Source: Williopsis jadinii
Lineage: Eukaryota
Length of the DNA: 64,000 nucleotides
NCBI GenBank assembly: GCA_024346625.1
Contig: AP024666.1
Location: forward strand, 124,001-188,000
Reading direction: 5' to 3'
In this document: piece by piece, positions 32,757 to 44,547 of the stretch
Position numbering within the stretch: position 1 is the first letter of the stretch
Layout: each line of letters opens with the position of its first letter
Made by a program: the position numbers and the translations under genes
The notes under the pieces: model-generated
The model's input: the letters and a program-made list of their open reading frames with translations, nothing else
Told to the model about the DNA's origin: nothing
Databases searched by the model: none

Positions 32757-33401
32757 CTTCCATCTATTCTTTTCCCTCCTCTTCACACGTTTTGAATCAT
32801 CGGGAGTCATGTGGACCAGTAGAACTAGGGAAACGAAGAAAACTAAAAGAACCAGCATTTTATTATGAGCCACAGGTTATACTGTTTGCATCCAATTGGC
32901 CAGTAGAATCTGAACCCATGTATGTACATAGTGATATAATTATAAGAAGCGTGGAATACACAGCTACACTGATTTGCTTTGGCCTTGAGTGTTCTGTTGC
33001 AAACTTGAATGAAGAGGCTCGCCAGCAACATAAAGCAACTTATTTCGGAGTTATAAGGGGTTATGGGGAATTAGAAGACTTTAGAGGGCGTTTAGAGAAA
33101 ACACTCACAGTACACCACCAGAACACCATGACTGTTCCTGTTGCCCAGACAACCTTCAATACAAAAAAAAACAGAACACAGGCGCTTCGCATGTTCCTGT
33201 TCCACGTTACCGTAGTTACGAGATGTTTGGATGTCTTGATTACCCTCTTTGTGTGTGTGTGTCTTTTTTTGAAACCGCTTCCCTCGAGATGTAAACAAAC
33301 ATCAAACAAACACGAAACTGCACATAGCGGCTGATGAAACAGAGCCTTCAAGACATTCTTGAAATCACAACCGAGCATCAGAAGGATTGATAAAGGTGGA
33401 G

Positions 33402-35456
33402 ATGTCGAAAGTTCCAGTACCGCGCTCACGATTAGCACACGATTCACCGCCAGTGAAGAGCAGGAAGGCTCTTGACGAGGTTACAGAGAAGATCAACCAT
33501 TCTCCAAAGTTCAGAAGGAAGCTGGACAGATCTGAGGCAGAAGACGAAGACGGAGACGAGGGAGAAATGACAGGGGCTGTGCACAAGATGGAGATACAAA
33601 AGACAAGGAGAGTACACAGGACCAGTGGTATACCGATGTTACATTCCAGTCAGTTACCTCAACAGATCAAAGATCGGGTACGGAGCCTATCAGAGGCCAG
33701 TTCTGGGTTGAAACTGAGAGATCGTGAGCCCAACACCTCGAGGTTTGCGCTGGTGTCGACGCAAACCCACCAATCGAAGCGGCCATGGGCTATGAGGGAT
33801 TCTAACCTGGAGTTGAGGTTGAACAAACTGGTTCAGGTGGAGCAAGAGAAAATCCGAGAGCTGGACAAGAAGATCAAGGATGCACGCCATCAGAATGAGG
33901 GGTGCGAGAAACAGAAGACTTGTTTGATGAGAAACATAAGTCGTTTGAAGACCGAAATCAGTAACACAGAGGTCGGTATCATCAACATTGATGAGAAGAT
34001 GGAGTCGATGAAGTTGGTGATGGAAAAGGAAAAAGCGCACGAGGAGCACATGGTCACTTTGAAGTTGAAAGAAGCCCAGAACCAGATGCTTAGAGAATTG
34101 GATGAATTCAAGTCTATGATGGAACAGGAGTTGCAGACTGTCAAGGATTATAAAGATGAAGAATCTCAAGCTGAAATTGTCAAATTGAAACGTGAACTGG
34201 ACGAGATATCAGATAAAGCGTCGCATTTGAGACAGGAGAGAGAAAACAGGATTCAGCAAGAGAGAGAATCGTTACAGCTCAAATTGGATGACGTGGTTAC
34301 TACGGAGCAAAAGAAAGGTGAACAGATCACTCAACGCATTGAAGACAAAATGACATTGTTCACTGAGCAAAACGAGGAATTGGGGAAAGTTCAAGAGGCT
34401 ATAAAATCAATCACTGATCGTATAAAGTCCATTGAAAGTGAAAATGCCTATCAGATGGATATACGATCAAATTTCACACAAAGCCATGATGAACTAATCT
34501 CCAAGATAAATACCCTGCAAGTGGAGAGCGACTCTGTGGATTCAAAGTTGGCAACTATAACGCAACAGAAAAATGATGTTCACAAGGAGTATCAGAATGC
34601 GTTACAAAAATTATGTAAGGAACGTCATTTCAGAAGGAAAATAGAGAATTCTATTGAAGATATGGTTGGGAAACATAGAGTCTATGTTCAAGTACCCACC
34701 GGTTCACACGTTGAAGACGTTGAAACCGATCCATCTTTACAACAGCTGGTATTAGATGACGGGTCCTACTACCAGTTCAACAAAGTGTTCATAAAAGGCG
34801 ATGAGTTGATGTGTCAAGAAACTTGCTCACTAATGGAAAATCTGTTCAACGGATGCAATGTTTCGCTGTTGCTAATAGGGGATGATGACAATACTTCGAA
34901 TTTGCTAGGCTCAATGGTTAACAATTGTTGGGATTTGATACAAGATGTTGAGCATAAATTTAAACAAAGAGGCTGGAACTTTGACTATTCAGTGCAGAGT
35001 GTTAATGTTGACCCCAATGGAGTATTCGATCTGTTTGACAGTTCACCTTGTGCTGTAAAAGTTGAGAACCGCTCAGTGATGATGAGCACAGAACCACGGG
35101 AATTTACCAAAGTCCGTGAAACGTGTAACGATCCTGACTCATCCACATTGATGAAACTGACTTTGAAGAGTAGGAAGGGTGAAAGAAATATCAGTTCAAA
35201 CGCATACTTCCTTGATTTGACTCGTATAGACGCCTTACCACTTGTTTCGAAGGCCATAGATAAGGTCCAATTATTGAGATTTGGTACATTAGAATTCGAG
35301 AATCCAATGTATCAACTCGTACATCAGTTATACTCCAACACAAAGGTTATTACAATGATTAACGTTGACAGAGTTGACAATGAGAAATGGCTTGACCTGG
35401 GACAATACGTACAAACAGTTGATGTTGTTCCCGTAAACAGAGTCTATTCCAAATGA
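33402..35456 (+). CDS. VIK1: Kar3-associated non-catalytic kinesin partner (Cik1/Vik1 family)
   Basis: Long coiled coil, then ERHFRRKIENSIEDMVGKHRVYV and YQFNKV, with a motor-homology region lacking a P-loop. Lies between YAH1 and HFI1, as VIK1 does. A forkhead site GTAAACAA is at 33291. Confidence 0.85.
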   Translation: MSKVPVPRSRLAHDSPPVKSRKALDEVTEKINHSPKFRRKLDRSEAEDEDGDEGEMTGAVHKMEIQKTRRVHRTSGIPMLHSSQLPQQIKDRVRSLSEASSGLKLRDREPNTSRFALVSTQTHQSKRPWAMRDSNLELRLNKLVQVEQEKIRELDKKIKDARHQNEGCEKQKTCLMRNISRLKTEISNTEVGIINIDEKMESMKLVMEKEKAHEEHMVTLKLKEAQNQMLRELDEFKSMMEQELQTVKDYKDEESQAEIVKLKRELDEISDKASHLRQERENRIQQERESLQLKLDDVVTTEQKKGEQITQRIEDKMTLFTEQNEELGKVQEAIKSITDRIKSIESENAYQMDIRSNFTQSHDELISKINTLQVESDSVDSKLATITQQKNDVHKEYQNALQKLCKERHFRRKIENSIEDMVGKHRVYVQVPTGSHVEDVETDPSLQQLVLDDGSYYQFNKVFIKGDELMCQETCSLMENLFNGCNVSLLLIGDDDNTSNLLGSMVNNCWDLIQDVEHKFKQRGWNFDYSVQSVNVDPNGVFDLFDSSPCAVKVENRSVMMSTEPREFTKVRETCNDPDSSTLMKLTLKSRKGERNISSNAYFLDLTRIDALPLVSKAIDKVQLLRFGTLEFENPMYQLVHQLYSNTKVITMINVDRVDNEKWLDLGQYVQTVDVVPVNRVYSK

Positions 35457-35533
35457 GCATGTAAAACGAATGATTACGTTGCATTACGATGTTACATTTC
35501 ACACAATTGTATTATATGCCCAATAGAAAGATT

Positions 35534-36718
35534 TTAATTCTTCAGTAGGATATCTCTGATCAACAGGTTTAATTCTTCTCTATCACCAACGTTTTCAGTT
35601 ACATTGACATCTTTATTTGATTTTTCAACCTTTGCAATCAACGGTGAGCTCAGATTTGAGCCTGTTCCATTGATCTGTTTATTCGAGGATTGGGCATTAG
35701 AGCACTCGAAAGCTTCATCGTCTAATGAGCACTGGGGTTCCACATAACAGTCATCTTTCAACATGACAGAGTGTAACCTATAAACTGGACCACTAGGCTC
35801 CACAAGGTAGGGCATGATATCAAAAGTGTCAATCATGTCTTCATTGACAAGTGTAATCTTTGGTTTCTTTTCATTGACCTTGACATTGCTCAGGTTTTCA
35901 AATTCGAAATCGTTACTGTTGTAACGCCTTTTCCTGTACCGTACAGTATCGATTGCTGCTTCAACAATGTTTTTAAGATACGTCTCCAGTCCATGGTATA
36001 ACAACTCTGCAGCGTCATTGCTCAACGGACCAGTGATACCATGCTCCCTTGCAATGCCTAAAATCCTCGTCTTCAAGGCATCCTGCTCCGGTAGGGAAAA
36101 CGTTTCGATATCGAGAGGTGTATGTAGTCCATGGTTCACGTCCTGTGTCCATTCTATGACGTTACTCATCATCTTTTCCTTATCAGAGGAGAAAGGGATC
36201 TTTGGCAATAGAGCCTGACGGGTTAGCGTCAGAGAAGAGTTGGCCATCTTCTGTTTCCCCGAGTCCCTCGTTATCGTCTTGATTCTGTACCGTTCTCTAA
36301 TCGGCAAGTTCATAACGTCTTTCTTCAGCTTTTCATATTGGTTCGACTGTTTCATACCCTTCTTCACAACCTTTTTAGACGATGAGCCAAAGGAATACTT
36401 AGAATTCTTCTCAATACTCGGAGAATCACTATTGGAGTCTCGAAGAGCATTCACCATATTGGCCAAGAGCAATTGGTTATGCATCTTAATCAGCCGTGAG
36501 TCAGTCAATAGATTCTGTAGACATGTGGAGAGTTCGGTTCTCGACAGTTTACCAATTAGAAACGAGGCAATGGTAGCCTGGTATTTATCCCAGTTGTTCC
36601 CCAATTTTGACCGTAGTTCAAACGCCAGGGATTCAACTTCGACTCTCTTGGAGCCATGAATAGTCTGCTGTGTCATCAGAGGAGTCTGAGACGGCGTTCT
36701 TGTGTTCACCTCCGTCAT
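35534..36718 (-). CDS. HFI1: SAGA subunit Ada1/Hfi1
   Basis: LG.NWDKY, FLIGKLSRTEL, MHNQLLLAN and a histone-fold region GIAREHGI...YLKNIVE. Supported by synteny. Confidence 0.92.
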   Translation of the reverse strand: MTEVNTRTPSQTPLMTQQTIHGSKRVEVESLAFELRSKLGNNWDKYQATIASFLIGKLSRTELSTCLQNLLTDSRLIKMHNQLLLANMVNALRDSNSDSPSIEKNSKYSFGSSSKKVVKKGMKQSNQYEKLKKDVMNLPIRERYRIKTITRDSGKQKMANSSLTLTRQALLPKIPFSSDKEKMMSNVIEWTQDVNHGLHTPLDIETFSLPEQDALKTRILGIAREHGITGPLSNDAAELLYHGLETYLKNIVEAAIDTVRYRKRRYNSNDFEFENLSNVKVNEKKPKITLVNEDMIDTFDIMPYLVEPSGPVYRLHSVMLKDDCYVEPQCSLDDEAFECSNAQSSNKQINGTGSNLSSPLIAKVEKSNKDVNVTENVGDREELNLLIRDILLKN

Positions 36719-36828
36719 TTGATAGCCCTGACTGTTGAAACTAATCAATTGTTGTTGGTTGATCCATCGAATGTGTTTTGAAGCTCTGGGTATCAATTTG
36801 TTGACGTTCGAGAGACACATACAAACAC

Positions 36829-36887
36829 ACCCGGACACCTTTGGACCTGGACACCATAACATCACTACACCTTAACACCCGGACACC
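36829..36887 (+). promoter_or_regulatory. Cluster of three ACCYGGACACC Rap1-like sites followed by TATAAA (36891)
   Basis: Copies at 36829, 36845 and 36877; similar to the Rap1 consensus ACACCCRYACAY. Confidence 0.55.
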
Positions 36888-38763
36888 ACATATAAACACG
36901 CAGCTATCGATGCGTTTAATGGCATCTCATGTTCATCAATATCAAGTTCTCTAATTTACCAGTAACAGTTATAATGTATACAATGACACAGGTATACGAT
37001 TGATTACTGAGATATAAATAATTTTACCTAGAGTTTTCACCGATTAACTGTACGTACAAGCTGGTTTAAGACTGATAGAAAGATGCTAGAGAACTGAAGC
37101 TACTCTTCGCTTTGATTCTGAAGCAATTGCCTTTGCGTAATACGTCAGATTTTAACGGCATTGGATGGACAGGTCTTGGATCAGTGAAGAGTACTTGGTG
37201 TCATAGACAGAGGCACATGTGGGCTGAATAGATGCTGTTCAGTGTATACGTTTGTCAAGTCTTGATGACTCTGTAGAGGGTTGATGCAGTCTATGACGTT
37301 TAGAATCTCAAAGCAAAAGGGTTGTCTTCCCAATGCCACCTATTTGCGCCTCAAAGTTGTCTCATAACACTATAAATAGTTATGAACATGACATACAACG
37401 GACTTGGACAATTTATATGGCTCCCACAGCGATAAACCCTTCAAGGACAACACATAATCAATCATTGAAGCTTTTGGAAGAGGTTATAAAAGTACATTGA
37501 TGTTCACTCAAAGAAGAGGCACAACCATTGGGACCTCCATATAGACGCAAAGTGTTTCAGTCCAATAGTAGAAGAAAACTCAGTGGAAGACAGAAACAAA
37601 TAGTAGAATAGGAAATACTCTTATGACACATCCAAATCAAGAGCCAGCTATTGTAACTCATTTACAAAGTACCCAGACTAATAGTGCATGGCGACTAAAT
37701 GCATCCACGAAACCCTCCAGCACACCATTTATTCAATCTATGTGCATTACTCATGAAGAGAATGATGATGTATATGAAGATGGAAACGTCTTCAAATCTG
37801 AGGACCCATGTTTCCGTATGCCATCGACTGGAACGAAGGATAATATCAAGCTCTCTAATATCATCGTAGGATATTCCATAAAGCACGTACATGAAGTCCT
37901 AGAGGCGATCGAAGTTAAGCAGACGCTGGAAGTTGAAGAATTTAAATTTGACGGTGTGATGGCTCTACTGTTTATTTCAGCCGATGTCACTGAGCTGCCT
38001 TACAGAACAAGCACTGGATGAGGCCAATGCTCTTGGAAGTAAGCAAGAAACAACTGGAGAATCAAATGGAGACATGCTTAGACTTTACATTGATGGAAGA
38101 GCTACAGAATTACCAGCCTGAGATATTAAAAATATCATTACTTAACTTAATAGCCTTCATTAATTCAATTGAATACAGCGTAGAGAGCTGTTACATCTAG
38201 AGGATTCGAAGAAAGCTTTTCAAGCAAAGAAGATGACAAAGACTAAGCCTACCAATGTATGAGAAATTTATACATTATTTCCTTTAAAGAAACCGTTCTG
38301 TGTATCTTAAGTCCTCAACTCGAGGTTAGCAGCCCAATTATTCTTCAAGGTCGAACGAATCAGAACGCTCGTAATAAAATATTACAATCTTTTAATACCA
38401 GGAACAACCGTCGATTCAACGGAGCAAGACGACTGGAGGGATTAAAACCTAGTAGAGAGGCCCATTTCAAATGGTAACCAGCTACTATATCGAGATAGGT
38501 CTCGCTCAAAATCGTCTGCGTCCAAAGAAACATTTGATGGACAGAGTAACTAGATGCAAAATATGATGAAACGAAAACGAGCTTTAGAGAAGTCATGGAA
38601 CTGCTATAGGGTATATCATAGAAGTGAGAGAGACCTTGAAAGCTCTGTGTTGGAAGAATTTTCATATTTCCCCCATGTTTTGAGGTTTTGGTTGAGTCAT
38701 TAGGTCTTTTTCTATTACGTGCGCTTGTCTTGTTCAGTAAAACATAAGATTAAAAGATGAGGC

Positions 38764-39891
38764 TCATATACCAACGTCTCTAATCAAGAGGTCTATCGTA
38801 TCATCATTCGATGCAGATCGATTGGTGTGCCGTTCTTTAGCAGAGTTGGCAAAACTGTTGGTGTTCAGAGCATGGCCATTCAAGAGCTTCTCTTCGTATT
38901 CCTTACACTTCATCTCTAGCAGATACACCTTCTCCTCTAATGCGAATTTATCTCTTTTAGAAGTTTCAATCTCTTGTTCCAACCTATCCTCAAGGTACTT
39001 AACCTTCCTTCTGAGTGTAACTTCCAGTTTAGAACTTGAGTTCAAGTCTGATCTCAACCCATTCAGCGTAGAGTCGTCATCCCTTAACTTCGCCTCCAAT
39101 TTGGCAACTTGAGCCCTTAGTCGTGAGTTCTCATTTCTCAACGAAACATCTTTAACATCCAAGGATCTTTCCAATTGTCTATAACGTTTTTTCAACTCTG
39201 TGTGCTTATTGACGTCTCTAAAATAGGCATCGTACAACTTCTGAGATTTGATCAACTCATTGGCCAATTCACGCTTTAGAGCTTCGTATTTCAAACTCAT
39301 TGAGTTGTCATTCGAATTCTCAAAATTCCTAAGTAATTCTTCCAATTCTCGATCGTTGTCGTCCAATTGCCTCAAGAGTTTGTAATCGTCATCAGCATCG
39401 TACATTGTGTCGGGTACAGAGGGCCTTGTACTTCTTGAGTACGATGATGTGTTCCTCTGCATGTTCACATTAGCATCTCTCAAGCCAGATCTCGTCGCAC
39501 TGGAGGTTAGAAGAACGTCGTCATTCTCTGAGCCTCTGTATTTCGGGAACTTACCAGGGTATTCACTCGGTAGTGTGTACACAGTGTCCGATGTTGTATG
39601 AGCGTCATCAGAATCGTGTGCCTGGTGACCCAGACTAGCTGACCGTTTCCTCAGCGAGTCCCAAGAGACTTTCTTCCTCAACAAGGTCGAGTCGTCCTGG
39701 GAACGTAGTCGTTGTCCATCCCTCGTTCTTCGCTTGTAATGGAAAGTGTCGTCCAAATCTTCAAAATGTGACACATCATCGTTGGCCCTTGCAGCATCAT
39801 CTCTCTTCATCTGAGTGTACTTGGACATCGGCGTCTGTCTGTTGAATATGGATCTGAATGCCCATTGTGCAACGCCTGGAGTATCGGACAT
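38764..39891 (-). CDS. BBP1: Spindle pole body protein Bbp1-like
   Basis: N-terminal GVAQWAFRSIF..PMSKY, a PGKFP motif and a C-terminal coiled coil. Lies between HFI1 and the G1 cyclin, as in S. cerevisiae. Confidence 0.75.
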   Translation of the reverse strand: MSDTPGVAQWAFRSIFNRQTPMSKYTQMKRDDAARANDDVSHFEDLDDTFHYKRRTRDGQRLRSQDDSTLLRKKVSWDSLRKRSASLGHQAHDSDDAHTTSDTVYTLPSEYPGKFPKYRGSENDDVLLTSSATRSGLRDANVNMQRNTSSYSRSTRPSVPDTMYDADDDYKLLRQLDDNDRELEELLRNFENSNDNSMSLKYEALKRELANELIKSQKLYDAYFRDVNKHTELKKRYRQLERSLDVKDVSLRNENSRLRAQVAKLEAKLRDDDSTLNGLRSDLNSSSKLEVTLRRKVKYLEDRLEQEIETSKRDKFALEEKVYLLEMKCKEYEEKLLNGHALNTNSFANSAKERHTNRSASNDDTIDLLIRDVGI

Positions 39892-40721
39892 TGCCTCACC
39901 AACAGATCTAGCCAGCACTTCTCACCAACGGTTCTAACCACTGTTCGCTACTTCTCTCTCCAGCTCGCAATCACAGCCTTGGGAGAACAAAGCGCACAGC
40001 TGAGCCGTAATTCAACCCGTAAACTGTACAAGGACAACAAATAAACAATGGCACCCGGTAAAGTGAAAGCTGCTGTCAGACCACTAGTTTGTAGTACGAA
40101 TGGCTATATGTCCTCCCCCTTTCAAAGTTGTCTGTTTGTTTTGTTTACGATTTTGTTTGTGTTTACATCATTGAGGCCGTTAGAGTTTTTGGGTTTTATG
40201 CGGAAACCACAGCGACGGGAGTTCCGGGGGTCCTAATCACATGATATGAGTACAAATCACGCCCCCGAATCTCTGGCCCTCCCATCCAACCCTTCGAGAT
40301 GCGTCCCTCCGCTGCGAAAATAGCCACCGGGTCGGTATCTACCACACATTCTCCTGGGAGCGTTGATCAATTGAAGCTCGACAGAGCACTCTTTAGTGCA
40401 CTCAACATACAGTGAGATGCAAAAGTTGCTGTATTGTCCCTATTTCACTACAGGAGCGATCTGGTGATCTTCTTTGCCCTCCCCAACCTGTGGGTGTGCC
40501 TCTGGAATACCTTTACCAGTCACACCTCCAATTGTGCTTTAAACTTCTTCTACACAGCATTGACTACCATCCTTGAAGTAAACACCCCAACCTTGAAACC
40601 CAAATGCATAAAAAAGATTCTAGAACGTGTGTGTGTGTGTGTGTTTTCTCTCCAAATACACACTTACAGAATCACATCACACTATGTTTATGCGTGTGTT
40701 TTTTTTCCGCAGCTTTTAAGG

Positions 40722-40740
40722 TTTCCCAAACGGTAAACAA
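40722..40740 (+). promoter_or_regulatory. Overlapping Mcm1-like (TTTCCCAAACGGTAAA) and forkhead (GTAAACAA) sites; MCB ACGCGT at 40853
   Basis: Consensus matches in the BBP1/cyclin divergent promoter. Confidence 0.5.
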
Positions 40741-41378
40741 ACAGACGCGCAGGCGCAGCCTCACAGCAGAGGCAGAAGCCAAAAAAAAAGTTTCCAGGTG
40801 TTCCCCTTTGGCCAAAAGACGCGGTATAACGTACAAACTTTCCTGAAGGGGAACGCGTTTTCTTTGTCTTAACAGGCGCAAATTGGAAGTTAATCAAAAG
40901 AGCAAGCCAAAGGGGATCGGTGAAGGGACAGGAGCCCATTCGCAAGGTACCAAGAAGGTGTAATTGATACTTAAAAAGGGGTGTGTGTAGTAACAGTGGT
41001 GACAATGTGCGACGAGCAGGACAGGTAGTAAATCCTCGACGTGCCCCTTTCTCCACGCCCATACCGGTCCGGGCATTGTTATTCACTTTGATACCACAGA
41101 GAATGTTGTGTTGTGTGCGTGTGTTTTTTTTTCAGTTTATGCTCGTCGGCCCTTTGAGTAAAATCGTACATAAACTCGAGGGGGGAACTCCCTTTATGGA
41201 AAAAGCAGTAGTAAACAGAAAGGACAGGGAGTTTTGAAGGATATCACAGACCTTTGGGGGATAATTCTTATAGACATAGTTTCCGTTCTTCTTCCTCTTG
41301 TTCTTTTTTGGTTTCGTTAGCACCCTTCCCACTCTTTCATCTCGCCCATTGTTTAAGACCCATTCACTCTCTGCAAGC

Positions 41379-42434
41379 ATGCCAGGTCTCGTCGTCACTG
41401 CCACACAGATTCAATACCCGTTCCAATTGTCCACAAGTGAACTGCTAACACATCGCCAAACTATACTGGAATATAGAGATGAGCTTTCACAGTCATTGCA
41501 TGCCATGGCCAAGATCTCGAAGCCGGACCTTTCCTTGATCTCACAACAGCCAGAGCTGAAGCCTTCGCTCAGAGCTCCAATCCTGGAGTTCCTGTTACAC
41601 ATCTCCATCAAGACCAAAGTCACCTACGGCATCTACTACCAGGCAGTACGCCTATTCGACCGTTATTGCTCAAAGAGAATAGTGCTCAGAGAACAGCTCC
41701 AATTAGTACTAGCTACTTGTCTATGGATCGCAGCAAAGACAGCAGGAGGTTGCAACCACATCATCAACAACACAACGGTGCCTACAGGTGGCAGATTCCA
41801 TGGCCCAAACCCAAGGGCAAGAATCCCAAGACTGAGCGAGCTGTGCATCCTATGCCAGGATGATCAGAAGTACGACGAGGGGATGTTTGTACAGATGGAG
41901 AGACACATCCTGGACACTCTTAATTGGGACATCTGTGAACCTCATATGACCAATTGGCTCCTGGACTTCTACGAGAACAACCTGGTACAGTTTGAGATGG
42001 AGAACATGGTTGATAAAGTCGAGATCATCAACTGCAAGAGATTTATCATGGAGTGTTGTCTACTGGAGCTGAAGCTCATGGAGCTACACCCTGCTCAGCT
42101 GGCGCAGGTGCTGTTGAGCATTCTCCAGGCCAATTTACCACAGCATGCCACCAGTTCAACGTTTCAGTCAGAGTTGAACTTTGTTGAACCTTTGGATCCA
42201 AATCAGCTAAAATACTATACCCAGATGGCATACGACACAGTGCTGAAATTGCCAAATAACATGCTTCAGTTCTATTCAAAACTACAAGGAGTGACACAAC
42301 TATACCACACGATATTGAAACATTCAATTCAAGTCGACAGCACCTTGCAAACCCCCGTCAGACCACAGTTCTTACCAACACCACCAGCATCGAGAAGGGG
42401 CTCTCCAGTGGGTACAATGAACAACATCGTATGA
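41379..42434 (+). CDS. CLN2: G1/S cyclin, Cln1/Cln2 family
   Basis: QQPEL, LFDRYCSKRIV, TCLWIAAKT.GGC.H, GGRF.GPNPRARIPRLSEL and QMERHILDTLNW motifs, with a TP/SP tail. Confidence 0.9.
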   Translation: MPGLVVTATQIQYPFQLSTSELLTHRQTILEYRDELSQSLHAMAKISKPDLSLISQQPELKPSLRAPILEFLLHISIKTKVTYGIYYQAVRLFDRYCSKRIVLREQLQLVLATCLWIAAKTAGGCNHIINNTTVPTGGRFHGPNPRARIPRLSELCILCQDDQKYDEGMFVQMERHILDTLNWDICEPHMTNWLLDFYENNLVQFEMENMVDKVEIINCKRFIMECCLLELKLMELHPAQLAQVLLSILQANLPQHATSSTFQSELNFVEPLDPNQLKYYTQMAYDTVLKLPNNMLQFYSKLQGVTQLYHTILKHSIQVDSTLQTPVRPQFLPTPPASRRGSPVGTMNNIV

Positions 42435-42519
42435 CGAGCTTTTTTTTTTTTTTTTTCAATTCTACTACATTCTCTCACTACATATATTAATGAACAAGTT
42501 TATCCTTCTGGCTGCCCAG

Positions 42520-44301
42520 TTATATAGACGCAATGTGGTCAATTCCAGTCGAAATGACAGATCTAATCTCGTTAGAACAATGGCTCTCTTCTAGGGCATC
42601 ATCCATGGACTCGTGGATGATGTGTTCCCAATCAGACTGCAGCACACTTGCCAATTGTAGCAGCGAGATGATGATAATGGCAATGCACAATCCTGCCCAG
42701 AGCCCAAACAGCTCCATTCCCATCCAAAATGCCAACCAAAACCCAATTGGCAGAGATATCAAGTAGTACGACACCAATGTGCACAGCGCAGCCATCTTTT
42801 GTCTACCTTGGCCTCTCAGAACACCACCGGTCACGGCTGCAACGCAGTCGCTAATTTGGTAAATTGCAGCAAGTGGTATGATCTTTTCAGACAGTTCAAT
42901 CACCTGGACGTCATCGGTAAAGAGCACAATGATGTTATCTTTGAAAAAAGTAAGAATCAGCGCATTCATCACACCAATGATGAGCGACACTATGATCGAA
43001 CCGTTCGATGCCGTGATGCTCGACTTGGTCGAAGCTGCGCCGATGTAATTGGCAACCCTTGTCGATGCTGCGATACTAACGGCAAATGGCACTTGGTATA
43101 ACAGGACACATATGGTTGCAATGACACTCTGGGAAGCCAGGGAGACCGTGCCGAATCTTGCTGCACTCAACGTGGCTATTTCAAATGCCAGCCACTCGCT
43201 GATGACACCAACACATCCGTTGACGGAGAGGTAAACCATCTTTGACCAGTGACGCAACAGGTCAGTGGAGAACCCACACCAACAACGATACCCATCGACA
43301 AACACTGTATACAATAATAGCAGTATGGCCATGAGATAATTCGTAGACACGATGGCAATAGGAGCACCAATGAACCCCAATTTCGGGGCTCCCCAAACCA
43401 AATAGTAGTTCAGAAACGCATTGAAAGGAGCTGCGACGAGAATGACATACGTCGAGGCGTGGAAGATGTTTTGGGCTTGCAGGAATCTCTTCAGAGTCTC
43501 AAAGAGGATGAAGGCAGGCAAGCCAATGGACAACACTCTCAGATAGCTCACAGCCAAGTTCACCAGGCGAACGTCATCAACGATAAACGTCAAGATCGGA
43601 CGCGAAGCCAGGGTCCAGATCAGCGTCACCGGGATGTCGATCAAAAGCAGGAAGATGGTGCATCTCATAAAGTGCAAGCCAACAGATCTATAGTCACGGC
43701 GTCCAAACGACTGTGCACACAGTGTATCCAGAGAAGTGGAAGTTCCCTGGAACAGACAGTAGCCCGTGATGTTGGCAGTCATACCAGCAAGCGACACGGC
43801 AGCCAGCTCCGAGCTCCCAATCCTGCCAACACTAAATACAGACGCAACGTTCAAAGAGTACTGCAACAGGAAAGTGATCACCAACGGCACAGAGTACTTC
43901 GCCAGCGTCTGTACCTCGTTGCCCACCGTGGTCTCCAGCTCAGGCAAGGAGCCTGTGTCCATCACGTGTCTGATGGTCGAATGCGACACCATCCGCTTGA
44001 TCTGTGCCAGCGAGTCCTTCTTAGACGGATACGAAGAGATGAGATCAGGGTCGAATGAAGGGTCTGCTCTCAGCTGAGCCTGAAGCAGCGGAGAGCGCTC
44101 GCTGATGTGGTCCTCATCGTCAACCTCGCTGTGCACAGTGCTCAGCGGACGGAAGAAGTCGAGGATTGACCCTGCGGACACGCTCTTGTGCGAAACTATC
44201 GAGTCTCTGCGAGCACTGGTGCTGTTGTTCATATACGATGAGACAGACTCATATGGCGGAACATCCAAGTACGGTGCTGGGCCTGTGGATATCTCTGGCA
44301 T
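42520..44301 (-). CDS. MATE-family efflux transporter (Erc1/YDR338C-like)
   Basis: LAAVSLAGMTANITGY, SLDTLCAQSFG, SEWLAFEI, ASTRVANYIGA and GVLRGQGRQ motifs; about 12 TM segments. Confidence 0.93.
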   Translation of the reverse strand: MPEISTGPAPYLDVPPYESVSSYMNNSTSARRDSIVSHKSVSAGSILDFFRPLSTVHSEVDDEDHISERSPLLQAQLRADPSFDPDLISSYPSKKDSLAQIKRMVSHSTIRHVMDTGSLPELETTVGNEVQTLAKYSVPLVITFLLQYSLNVASVFSVGRIGSSELAAVSLAGMTANITGYCLFQGTSTSLDTLCAQSFGRRDYRSVGLHFMRCTIFLLLIDIPVTLIWTLASRPILTFIVDDVRLVNLAVSYLRVLSIGLPAFILFETLKRFLQAQNIFHASTYVILVAAPFNAFLNYYLVWGAPKLGFIGAPIAIVSTNYLMAILLLLYTVFVDGYRCWCGFSTDLLRHWSKMVYLSVNGCVGVISEWLAFEIATLSAARFGTVSLASQSVIATICVLLYQVPFAVSIAASTRVANYIGAASTKSSITASNGSIIVSLIIGVMNALILTFFKDNIIVLFTDDVQVIELSEKIIPLAAIYQISDCVAAVTGGVLRGQGRQKMAALCTLVSYYLISLPIGFWLAFWMGMELFGLWAGLCIAIIIISLLQLASVLQSDWEHIIHESMDDALEESHCSNEIRSVISTGIDHIASI

Positions 44302-44547
44302 GGTGGCAAGATTGGAGGGTGTGTTTCTTCTACGACGGTTCAGTCAGATGGCGAGACGGAGAGCGGAGCAAATGGGCCTTTATCTACGCCAACAAGCCCA
44401 TCAACAAGTGAAACAAAGCAACCAAAATGGCTGAATTTCCACGGTGATTTGGAGGGAGTGTTGATAAGCGGGCAGGCAGGGAAAAACGTAAACAAACTTC
44501 CTATTTGGGTAGACTGCCTAATGCGGTAATGCTAATCCCACGAGCCC

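Noticed and set aside
40048..40236. Small ORF MAPGKVKAAVR with good start context
   Set aside because: It has no recognisable family, runs into T-rich promoter sequence and has no convincing intron.
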